Source: Methanobacteriota archaeon (GTDB lineage Archaea > Thermoplasmatota > Poseidoniia > Poseidoniales > Poseidoniaceae). From it: a stretch of 27,139 bases of DNA. The position numbers were made by a program, and so were the translations under genes. The stretch is taken from the NCBI GenBank assembly GCA_018649825.1, contig JABIHC010000113.1, positions 1 to 27,139 on the forward strand. The letters run 5' to 3'. This document shows, piece by piece, positions 7,858 through 15,283 of the stretch (the first letter of the stretch is position 1; the number at the start of each line of letters is the position of its first letter). The notes beneath the pieces were generated by a model, which saw only the letters and a program-made list of their open reading frames with translations, ran no database searches and was not told where the DNA came from.

Positions 7858-10317
7858 TCAATCCCTCCTTGGGATGAAGGCTGAGGCAATACCGGCTCCG
7901 CCAGCAAGTATCATTATCAAGCCAAAAATTGTGCCAAATCCGGCCTCTGGTCCAGCGGCTTCCGCCACATCATCAACGGTCAATTCTGCAGTTGTAATTG
8001 GCCCTGAAGCGACTACGGTTTCATCGACGATAGGATGGACTTGATACTGATGTATTCCGACTACTGTTGGTAAGTCAGTCCAAGTATTGCTGGATGTTTG
8101 ACCTAGGCTGATTCCGTCCCGATACACTGCCCAATTCTCAGCACTACCTTCCCAAGTTATCACAATACTGTTGCCGATTTTTTCGGCTCGCAAATCATCA
8201 GCACTCGGTGGAGGTGATGCCGATAAAGAAATTGTCGTATTGGAACTTGCCCCATTATCGTCATAGACGACCAGTAGGACATCGGTTGAAGTCGAGGTTG
8301 GGGCAATGGAAATTTCAAGACCACCATATTCCTGCCCATCAATGACCCAAAGTGCATCGCTGATTACTCCATCAACATCTATCGAAGTGCTCGCCGACAA
8401 TATTGTGGGCACACTAATCCAAGCCTCCGCCTCTGTAGTAATCTTGGCTTGAGGTTCAATGTTGGCAATGACATAGACTTGTGAGATTGTGAGGCCATCA
8501 ATAGAACCATCATTAGGAGTGGCTAAAAGGGTCCAGACATCGCTTGGAGCCAAGCGGTCAGCAGGTACGCTGGTAACATTACCCAAATTAGTAGCAAACC
8601 CATTTTTCAACCACACATAGGTGATACTTACGTCATCGCCATCCAGATCATATGTGATAATTGTGGGGGTTAGATTTGACAGTGAATCTGGATTGAACGG
8701 TCCGGAAATTAGCAGCGCCGGTTGGGCGCTAATGACTGTGAATGAGGCTGACATAATATTGGAATAATCAAGACCATCCCAAACCCTAGCATCAATTCGA
8801 ACGAAATCACCAATTGAATAATCAGCAAGTGCTGCGTTGAATGAGACGTTGTTCACATAAGTCGTCAAATCCAATTCAAGGGTGTCGTTGGGGTCGGCAT
8901 CGGAAAATTGCCAATCAAGATTGTAATCAAGGGCCATGGTCGATTGATTGGTGTCTATGTTGAAACTTTCAAGGACTGGGGGTGAATTGACGATATTTGT
9001 CGTGGCAGAAGTAAGCCATTCCGACCATGCTTCGCCATCATGAACTCGGACTTTAACAGACCAAAGTTGGCTCTTGGCAGTATGAGAGGTGGGTAAGGTA
9101 GCGGCGGTTATTGTGGGATATTCAGTGCCATTCAAGAACCATATTACCTCGGCCGATTCTTCACTATCACCGGCATCGGCATCACTACTAGTCCAAATAG
9201 CCACCATAGCAGTCGAGGTGTTGATAGTTCCTGGTGAGATGCTTACTGAGGACATTACTGGGGCGGTATTAGAACTGCCAATAGTCACCGATTGAATCGA
9301 AAACCATTGACTGGCATCTAAGCCGTCACTCGCCATTATTTCAGCATACCATACATCGCCGCCGCGCACCGCTACACTTGGCACAGTCAACTCACCATCA
9401 AAGGAGGATATGCGGGCTCCGTCAACATACCAACGAGTGTCGGAAATGGCCGCTGAATCACCACTGTCAGCATCATTAATATTCACAGAAAGGGTGAGGT
9501 CGTCCCCCTCTAGTGGTTGAGTTGGGTAAATAGATGCAGAAGAAATAGTTGGAGCAGAATTGAGGATGGTCTTGGTATTCGAATCAACGGAAATGCCGAA
9601 ATCTGCGCCATCAGAAGGAGTGACTGATGCATTCCAAATCTGACCTTTTGCTGTGCTGCCGGAGCCTACACTAGATTGGTCATTCAATGATGAAATTAAT
9701 GCCCCGTCACGATACCAGCGAATTTGAGTTCCCGATTCGGCATCGTTTTCAGCATCGGAATATGAGTAAGATAGGGTCAGCGTATCAGTAGTTGCTGGAT
9801 TTACTGGGCCGAGACTTAATGAGGATACACTCGGGGGTTGGTTAGCTTGCGTAGATTCTGTTGATTGGACCGAAGTACCACCTTTGCCATCACCAGTATT
9901 GGCGTTGTTATTATTGGCACCGATGACCATTAGGTCGAATGTCGCAGTGCCTGAACCCGATTGAGGGGCTGTCCAATCAACGGTCCAAGATGTCCCGCCG
10001 TTGCTTGAATGAGTAGCCGAATCGCCGGTGGAATTTACCTTTGCATAGGTGCTGGGATTAGAAAAAACGCCGATGTCAGCATCGAGCGAAAAACCTCCAT
10101 GATTGTATGATGTAGAGGTCATGGCGATATTCAAAGTGTAACTTGCACCTGGGTTGTAAGAATTTGGAACGCCGGTAAAGGTGAATTGAACGCCACCTGC
10201 ATAATGGCAAGAGCAACCGGTGCCACTGCCAAATTTACCGGTTTTTTTCCCCTCGATAGAGGCGGGAATTGTTGCCATTAAGAGCAAGATGGCCACGACC
10301 AATAATGTGCGTCTCAT
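7858..10317 (-). CDS. Large cell-surface protein: signal peptide, Reeler-like domain with CxCH motif, five tandem Ig-like repeats, PKD-like and Fn3-like domains, C-terminal membrane anchor
   Basis: The signal peptide is MRRTLLVVAILLLMATIPASIEG. The N-domain follows the Reeler motif order: GC35SC37H38...YNPGASYTLNIAM...GGFSLDAD.IGVF...SATHSS...WTVDWTAPQSGSGTATFDLMV. Residues 159-618 hold five ~90-aa repeats of the pattern N.(A/P)P....S(I/L).P..p...D.L(T)......D.D.(D)......(W)(Y/F)..G.......... G..W...V...DG. The C-terminus is AGFGTIFGLIMILAGGAGIASAFIPRRD. Confidence 0.8.
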   Translation of the reverse strand: MRRTLLVVAILLLMATIPASIEGKKTGKFGSGTGCSCHYAGGVQFTFTGVPNSYNPGASYTLNIAMTSTSYNHGGFSLDADIGVFSNPSTYAKVNSTGDSATHSSNGGTSWTVDWTAPQSGSGTATFDLMVIGANNNNANTGDGKGGTSVQSTESTQANQPPSVSSLSLGPVNPATTDTLTLSYSYSDAENDAESGTQIRWYRDGALISSLNDQSSVGSGSTAKGQIWNASVTPSDGADFGISVDSNTKTILNSAPTISSASIYPTQPLEGDDLTLSVNINDADSGDSAAISDTRWYVDGARISSFDGELTVPSVAVRGGDVWYAEIMASDGLDASQWFSIQSVTIGSSNTAPVMSSVSISPGTINTSTAMVAIWTSSDADAGDSEESAEVIWFLNGTEYPTITAATLPTSHTAKSQLWSVKVRVHDGEAWSEWLTSATTNIVNSPPVLESFNIDTNQSTMALDYNLDWQFSDADPNDTLELDLTTYVNNVSFNAALADYSIGDFVRIDARVWDGLDYSNIMSASFTVISAQPALLISGPFNPDSLSNLTPTIITYDLDGDDVSITYVWLKNGFATNLGNVTSVPADRLAPSDVWTLLATPNDGSIDGLTISQVYVIANIEPQAKITTEAEAWISVPTILSASTSIDVDGVISDALWVIDGQEYGGLEISIAPTSTSTDVLLVVYDDNGASSNTTISLSASPPPSADDLRAEKIGNSIVITWEGSAENWAVYRDGISLGQTSSNTWTDLPTVVGIHQYQVHPIVDETVVASGPITTAELTVDDVAEAAGPEAGFGTIFGLIMILAGGAGIASAFIPRRD

Positions 10318-10509
10318 ATTTGGGGGGTAATCTAAAGGGGTATCAATTTACCCCTGCATGGTCATATCCAAAATTGCTGATTATCCATACAAATATTAGA
10401 ATTTTCATCCCATGTCAAGTGGTCTCCTTTGTATGGCGTTTGTTCAAGGAGGGTTCTTTGAACAGGATGCCGCCTCAATCTTTATTCCGCAGAAGTTTCT
10501 GGAACCATC

Positions 10510-10917
10510 ATGGTTGAAATTCAATGTCCTCATTGTGATGAAGATATTGAATTAGATGATGGGGCCTCTGGATTATTTGATTGCCCGCATTGTGATGAGG
10601 AGTTTTCATGGAGTAGTGGAACCAAATGGTCATTGAATAATATTGTGAAATGGATGAACATTATTGCAGTGGTAATAATGGCCATTGGACTGGTTTGGTT
10701 CCTGATTATTTGGTTTATACTCCAACCAAGTGGATATGCGGGGTTGATCATTTTTTTACCAATTGGGATGATGATCCTAGGATTAACTGTATCTTACCTC
10801 TCCCTTCTCATCTGGATTATTGGGAAAAAGATTCGTGAAGAACCCGTTCACAAAGTCCTATTCTATTCCGCATTTGCACCATTAGTCATTTTTCTTATGA
10901 TCATGTTTCTATCATAA
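10510..10917 (+). CDS. Small membrane protein with N-terminal zinc ribbon and about 3 TM helices
   Basis: The N-terminus has a duplicated CPHCDE motif (CPHCDEDIELDDGASGLFDCPHCDEEF), which supplies four Cys for a zinc ribbon. It is followed by hydrophobic stretches: IIAVVIMAIGLVWFLIIWFIL, LIIFLPIGMMILGLTVSYLSLLIWII and VLFYSAFAPLVIFLMIMFL. Confidence 0.6.
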   Translation: MVEIQCPHCDEDIELDDGASGLFDCPHCDEEFSWSSGTKWSLNNIVKWMNIIAVVIMAIGLVWFLIIWFILQPSGYAGLIIFLPIGMMILGLTVSYLSLLIWIIGKKIREEPVHKVLFYSAFAPLVIFLMIMFLS

Positions 10918-10951
10918 TAGTAGGTGGCTAATGCAAAGGATAGACCCTTGC

Positions 10952-11113
10952 TCAATATTTCCCGTCCTTCTTCTGCTTCTTCTTGAATTGCATCATTAAA
11001 CCGCAATCACGGCACATCCAATGCTCAATCGCCGTTAATCCAACCAGTTGCTTTGGGAATTTACAGATAACATCTGGGGATTTACACTCGGGGCAAACTT
11101 TACTCCGTCTCAT
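10952..11113 (-). CDS. Unlisted 53-aa zinc-ribbon protein (below the ORF-track size cutoff)
   Basis: Hand translation of the minus strand gives MRRSKVCPECKSPDVICKFPKQLVGLTAIEHWMCRDCGLMMQFKKKQKKDGKY, with stop TGA at 10954..10952. It has CPxC...CxxC spacing and a Lys-rich tail. A TATA-like CCTTTAAAAG (minus-strand reading) lies at 11127..11136, just upstream. Confidence 0.4.
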   Translation of the reverse strand: MRRSKVCPECKSPDVICKFPKQLVGLTAIEHWMCRDCGLMMQFKKKQKKDGKY

Positions 11114-11219
11114 AGACAAGCCATTCCTTTTAAAGGGATAAACTCATCCATCAATATTCAGATGTTGAATTTCAAAAGGTATTTTCCTTCAGAGTTGTTG
11201 TTGAATATTTTTGCAATAA

Positions 11220-11423
11220 TTATTCCTTTAGCAATTGCAATGAATCTTTTGGCAATTCTATGAAAACGCCGCCTTCCTCTAATATTGCAATACCTCTTGG
11301 ACTAATACATCCATAGGTTGCACCAATAAAGCGAGTGACTATTTGCCCTTTGGGGTAATCTTTGCCCAGCCAATGATGTTCTTTGGCTAAAATATCTTTT
11401 ATCACGATGTACTTTTCTGACAT
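11220..11423 (-). CDS. Hypothetical small protein (67 aa)
   Basis: This is an ATG-initiated ORF with non-repetitive, globular-looking composition (MSEKYIVIKDILAKEHHWLGKDYPKGQIVTRFIGATYGCISPRGIAILEEGGVFIELPKD...). It lies on the same strand as its neighbours. I recognise no family. Confidence 0.4.
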   Translation of the reverse strand: MSEKYIVIKDILAKEHHWLGKDYPKGQIVTRFIGATYGCISPRGIAILEEGGVFIELPKDSLQLLKE

Positions 11424-11564
11424 TATTATTGCCTCTAATAATTCTTAGGCGCCGGGTCTATAAGAACCCAATGATTAAAGAAGCTAAAATGAAAATGTAA
11501 AATCGATAACTTTCTCCCCGGGACGACTAAGTTTCGTCAAGGGTAATGTCAATGATTGGCTTGG

Positions 11565-11987
11565 TCACCACTGGGGCTTATTGAAAGCCTTAGGGTTGGC
11601 TACCTTCTCAATTTCCCGATTCCAAACGAGTTCACCGATGTCTCCATAAACATCTCCAAAAGGATCAACTTCCTCTGGTTCAGGTCTACTGTCCATATAT
11701 GACTTAACCCGCTCACGGAGTTCTGGTTTGAACCTCCAATAGTGAATTCTCCATTCGCGTCCATCCCAAAGAGTAGTTTCTTCTGATTCAGTAGTTAAGA
11801 GGTCATAATCTTGAAACATGTAGAATAGGTTACGGTCAGTTGGCTCAAGTGCATTGTCAATAATGCGCTCATAAAAACCGAAGAATCCAAGTGCGTGTTC
11901 TGCCATGCCGCTGGCGACATCATCCTCCATTTCCATATCAATATGCTGGCGTATTGCAAGCGTAAGTTCTGCCATAGACATTCCCAT
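11565..11987 (-). CDS. Hypothetical acidic cytoplasmic protein (140 aa)
   Basis: The ORF is clean, has no TM segment or signal peptide, and has a plausible globular sequence (..FFGFYERIIDNALEPTDRNLFYMFQDYDLLTTESEETTLWDGREWRIHYWRFKPELRERV..). It is transcribed divergently from the agmatinase gene. I cannot assign a family from memory. Confidence 0.55.
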   Translation of the reverse strand: MGMSMAELTLAIRQHIDMEMEDDVASGMAEHALGFFGFYERIIDNALEPTDRNLFYMFQDYDLLTTESEETTLWDGREWRIHYWRFKPELRERVKSYMDSRPEPEEVDPFGDVYGDIGELVWNREIEKVANPKAFNKPQW

Positions 11988-12145
11988 TTTTATCCCCCAT
12001 TTATTGCGCTCCGTTACCGTCTGGTCAAGGTGCGCTATGTACTATTTGTTTGTATTTCATCCCTTATGAACCATGTGGTAAAAATAGCCCTTTTTCGCCC
12101 TTTATTGGATTTTTACGGCATCTTTTCAAGGGCGAATCCCCGCCT

Positions 12146-13114
12146 ATGTCTGTGTCAGAAGAGTTTGAAGAGGGCGCCTTCTTGGGCATTCGGGGTTGTA
12201 GGACTTCATTTGCCGCAGATTTTGCAGTTCTTTCTATTCCTTATGAACTCACAACTTCATACGGTCAAGGAACTGAAAATGGCCCTGCTGCGGCCATTAG
12301 CGCAAGTGCGCAAGTCGAGTTGTATGATGAGTTGTTGACCAATGAATTACCTTGCGGCGCCAAAATTTTCACTGCTCCTCCTTGGGATGGAGAGGGGGAT
12401 AATCTCAAAGAGCAACAAAAAGGAATATCAACTTATGTTGGAAGTAATGTTGAAGGTGGTGCATTTCCAATAATATTTGGTGGTGAACACGGAATCCTAC
12501 CAGCAGTACTCTCTGGTGTGAAAAATCATGAATTGCTATTAGGCGATTTGTCTAAATTGACTTTGGTTCAAATCGATGCGCATGCAGATTTACGTGATGA
12601 ATTGGGTGGCGAGCCAATGAGTCATGCTTGTGCGGCTCGTCGCTCATTAGATTTGGGTGTTGGAAAATTAATGCAACTTGGAGTAAGGGCTTATTGTCGA
12701 GAGGAAAAGGAGTTTATTGATTTGGATTCAAGAGTAACTACTTGGTTTGCGCGTGATGTACTTTCCTTGGCTAACTCAAGTGAGAAGTGGGAAGGATGGC
12801 TTACTGCATTGCAAAGCATAGAAGGCCCTGTTTGGTTGACCATTGATGTGGATGGGCTAGACCCTTGTTATGTGCCAAGTACAGGAACTCCGGTCCCAGG
12901 GGGTCTTTCTTTTTGGCAAGTGATTGAAACAATAGAGAAATTGTTTTCAAGCCAATCTGCACTAGTACTTGGCGTTGATATCAATGAAATTGTCCCTGAC
13001 CAAAATAATCACATTACTGAGTTCACTGCAGCAATGTTGGCAAAAAAGGTTGTCGCTGCACATATAGCAAATAGTCTCACACCCGATACAGAAGCGGATG
13101 TAAATGAAGCTTAA
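12146..13114 (+). CDS. speB: Agmatinase / ureohydrolase-family enzyme
   Basis: The arginase-fold Mn-binding motifs appear in order: IIFGGEHGI, LVQIDAHADLRDE, LTIDVDGLDPCYVPSTGTPVPGGLSF. The ORF track starts at TTG 12050, but ATG 12146 (MSVSEEFEEGAFLG...) gives a typical length of about 322 aa. Confidence 0.85.
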   Translation: MSVSEEFEEGAFLGIRGCRTSFAADFAVLSIPYELTTSYGQGTENGPAAAISASAQVELYDELLTNELPCGAKIFTAPPWDGEGDNLKEQQKGISTYVGSNVEGGAFPIIFGGEHGILPAVLSGVKNHELLLGDLSKLTLVQIDAHADLRDELGGEPMSHACAARRSLDLGVGKLMQLGVRAYCREEKEFIDLDSRVTTWFARDVLSLANSSEKWEGWLTALQSIEGPVWLTIDVDGLDPCYVPSTGTPVPGGLSFWQVIETIEKLFSSQSALVLGVDINEIVPDQNNHITEFTAAMLAKKVVAAHIANSLTPDTEADVNEA

Positions 13115-13131
13115 CTGCATGAGGTGAAAAG

Positions 13132-14541
13132 ATGAATCCACGCCCACTTGGACCTCAAGGAATTCATGAAATGCTTGACATTAGTGGTTTTGAGATTCCT
13201 CCGGAAGTTGGTGATGAAGGAGTTTGGATGCTCGCCCTTCTCCGCCAAGCAGTTGCCCAAAGTGGTGCTCGAGAAGTACATCATCATGTTGAATCATTTG
13301 ATGGGAGCATTAGTCCGAAGGGTTTTGCTGCGGTAGTATTGTTGGATGAAAGCCATGTAAGTGGGCATTGTTATAGTGATTTAGGAATTGTTGCTATTGA
13401 TGCCTTTACCTGCGGGGGAACGGACCCGAAGGTCATAACTGAATATTTGCTGAAAGAACTTCGGGCGGCCATCCCTTCCTTGCATGTTGAGCAGAGTCAG
13501 CGCGTGTCGCGTTTCCTTTCTACTAGTGCCGGAGATAATAATGCAAATACAGAGCAAGTAATGGGGGCTTCAAGATCTAGCGAAAGCATTCGGGACTTTA
13601 TCGAAGAGCATTATAGACATTTTAATGCAGGTTCCTTATCTGATGCAATAGTATCTCTTAGAGGTTTTTTAGCGGGCGATGGTAAATTGTTAATCACCCT
13701 TGCAGGGGCGATGAGTACTGCAGAAATAGGGCGGAGTCTAGCACCTCTTATTCGTGCTGGAAAGGTTGCAGGGATTTGTACGACTGGCGCCAATCTTGAG
13801 GAAGATATTTTCAATTTAATTGCTCATGACCATTACCAAAGAATCCCCAATTGGCGTTCCCTCACTGCAGAAGATGATGCTCAATTAGAGTCTCAAGGGA
13901 TGAATAGGGTGACAGATACTTGTATCCCCGAAGAAGAAGCAATTAGGTTATTAGAAAATAGTCTATTATCTCAGTGGAGGGAAGCAAGTGAGAAAGAAGT
14001 AAGTTTCTTCCCTCATGAATATCTATTCCAAATATTAAATAATTCTGAAATAGGCTTCCAAGCCGACCCGCAGAATTCTTGGTTACTGGCAGCAGCAGAG
14101 GTAGGTCTGCCTATTTGGACTCCTGGTTGGGAGGATAGCACAACTGGAAACATATTCGCCGCCGCATGCCTACGGAATGAAGTAAACAAAAATGTAGTCA
14201 AAGGGGGAGTGGATGCAATGATTTCACTCACTGATTGGTATCGCCGAAATAGCCAAAGTCAGGGTAGTGGTGCTGGATTGCTACAAGTTGGAGGGGGAAT
14301 TGCAGGTGATTTCCCAATCTGTGTCGTGCCTATGCTTCGCCAAGATTTGGGTGAAGATGTACCGCTTTGGAGTTGGTTCGCGCAGATTAGCGAAGCAACT
14401 ACCTCCTACGGCGGATACTCTGGGGCTCCACCAAATGAGAAAATTTCATGGGGTAAATTGTCAATTGACACGCCTCGTTTTATGATTGAATCTGATGCAA
14501 CAATCGTATTGCCCTTATTATTCACCGCCATTATAGAGTAA
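13132..14541 (+). CDS. Fusion protein: pyruvoyl-dependent decarboxylase (AdoMetDC/SpeH-type, possibly arginine decarboxylase) fused to a deoxyhypusine-synthase-like domain
   Basis: Residues 1-128 read GIHEMLDISGF...SGAREVHHHVESFDGSISPKGFAAVVLLDESHVSGHCYSDLGIVAIDAFTCGGTDP, i.e. the class-1 AdoMetDC fold with the E73-S74 self-cleavage site. Residues ~150-469 read ITLAGAMSTAEIG, ICTTGANLEEDIF, TPGWEDSTTGN, VGGGIAGDFP, EKISWGKL..IVLPLLF, which is the DHS motif order. An SD-like GAGGTGA precedes the ATG, and the gene starts 17 nt after the agmatinase stop. Confidence 0.85.
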   Translation: MNPRPLGPQGIHEMLDISGFEIPPEVGDEGVWMLALLRQAVAQSGAREVHHHVESFDGSISPKGFAAVVLLDESHVSGHCYSDLGIVAIDAFTCGGTDPKVITEYLLKELRAAIPSLHVEQSQRVSRFLSTSAGDNNANTEQVMGASRSSESIRDFIEEHYRHFNAGSLSDAIVSLRGFLAGDGKLLITLAGAMSTAEIGRSLAPLIRAGKVAGICTTGANLEEDIFNLIAHDHYQRIPNWRSLTAEDDAQLESQGMNRVTDTCIPEEEAIRLLENSLLSQWREASEKEVSFFPHEYLFQILNNSEIGFQADPQNSWLLAAAEVGLPIWTPGWEDSTTGNIFAAACLRNEVNKNVVKGGVDAMISLTDWYRRNSQSQGSGAGLLQVGGGIAGDFPICVVPMLRQDLGEDVPLWSWFAQISEATTSYGGYSGAPPNEKISWGKLSIDTPRFMIESDATIVLPLLFTAIIE

Positions 14542-14545
14542 TAGT

Positions 14546-14573
14546 AATCAATTCAAAATTTTGAAAATTGATT
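14546..14573. repeat. AT-rich near-perfect palindrome immediately after the triple stop (TAA TAG TAA) of the DHS-fusion gene
   Basis: In AATCAATTCAAAATTTTGAAAATTGATT the outer arms AATCAATT/AATTGATT pair over 8 bp and the inner arms CAAAA/TTTTG over 5 bp, with a 2-nt bulge. The T4 run is embedded. It could act as a terminator or as an operator for the downstream cutA promoter. Confidence 0.5.
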
Positions 14574-14642
14574 CTTACGCGGTGTTAGGAATTATTGAGT
14601 AATTCACCGCCGCCCTCAATAAGAAGTTCTCATTGGGCTTGT

Positions 14643-15215
14643 ATGATGGCACTTGTGGTATTCCTCGTTACCTTCCCAAATGAAGGTTCTGCGAAAACGA
14701 TATCTCACTCAGTTATTGATGCAGGGCTTGCCGCTTGTATACTCCGTTCACCAGTTACTTCTGTGTTCAATTGGCAAGGGAAAATGGAAGAAGAATCTGA
14801 AATAATGCTGCTTTTTAAGGTGCCACAAGAAAGTGCTGAAGAATTGCGGGACCATATTGAAGATATACACCCATATGATAATCCTGCTATTTTAGAACTT
14901 GAAGCCAATGCAGGTCAATTGTATGAAGACTGGGCGAAGAAACAAACCAATCCAGTTTTCTCAGCAAAGGCCAATTCAAATAATAAAATGGGTGATACTA
15001 TTTCCCAAGTATCGGATATATTTGGCGGTCAAAATCCTCATGTGGATGTGGAAGAAAGTGATATGTCTGAGGCTGAATCAATTGCATTCATTAAGGAATT
15101 AATGGAAGGCATGGATGAACTTGAAGAGATTGAGGATTTGTTGGCTGATACGGGGGAAGAGGGGGAGTCTGAAGTCAAAGAAAAACGAGGGTGGTTTTCG
15201 CTTGGCAAGAAGTAA
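14643..15215 (+). CDS. cutA: CutA1 divalent-cation tolerance protein homolog with a ~85-aa acidic C-terminal extension
   Basis: The CutA core is ALVVFLVTFPNEGSAKTISHSVIDAGLAACILRSPVTSVFNWQGKMEEESEIMLLFKV...IEDIHPYDNPAILELEANAG..YEDW. The apparent N-terminal hydrophobic stretch is the first CutA beta-strand, so ATG 14643 is preferred over TTG 14595. The tail is Glu/Asp-rich and ends KRGWFSLGKK. Confidence 0.7.
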   Translation: MMALVVFLVTFPNEGSAKTISHSVIDAGLAACILRSPVTSVFNWQGKMEEESEIMLLFKVPQESAEELRDHIEDIHPYDNPAILELEANAGQLYEDWAKKQTNPVFSAKANSNNKMGDTISQVSDIFGGQNPHVDVEESDMSEAESIAFIKELMEGMDELEEIEDLLADTGEEGESEVKEKRGWFSLGKK

Positions 15216-15283
15216 TTATTCCAATTTGTAGGAAAGCATAAATTGAAAATAAACGCACTCAAGGGTAGTTTGGAGGAAGATGG

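Noticed and set aside
7738-10215. Reading the N-terminal Cys-His motifs as c-type cytochrome haem-binding sites
   Set aside because: The motifs are CxCH and CxxxCH, not the canonical CxxCH. Each protein has only one, and no cytochrome c maturation genes are visible here. They are kept only as possible metal or haem ligands within the Reeler-like finding.
10441-10464. Hairpin TGTTCAA-GGAGGGTTCT-TTGAACA upstream of the zinc-ribbon membrane gene, with an SD-like loop, as a riboswitch or thermosensor
   Set aside because: It is a single 7-bp stem with no further conserved structure that I can see. It is not distinguishable from chance in an AT-rich divergent promoter region without comparative data.
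11048-11263. 71-aa plus-strand ORF
   Set aside because: It overlaps both the Cys4 zinc-ribbon ORF (10952..11113) and the 67-aa gene on the opposite strand. Its translation is low in complexity and hydrophobic, with no start context.
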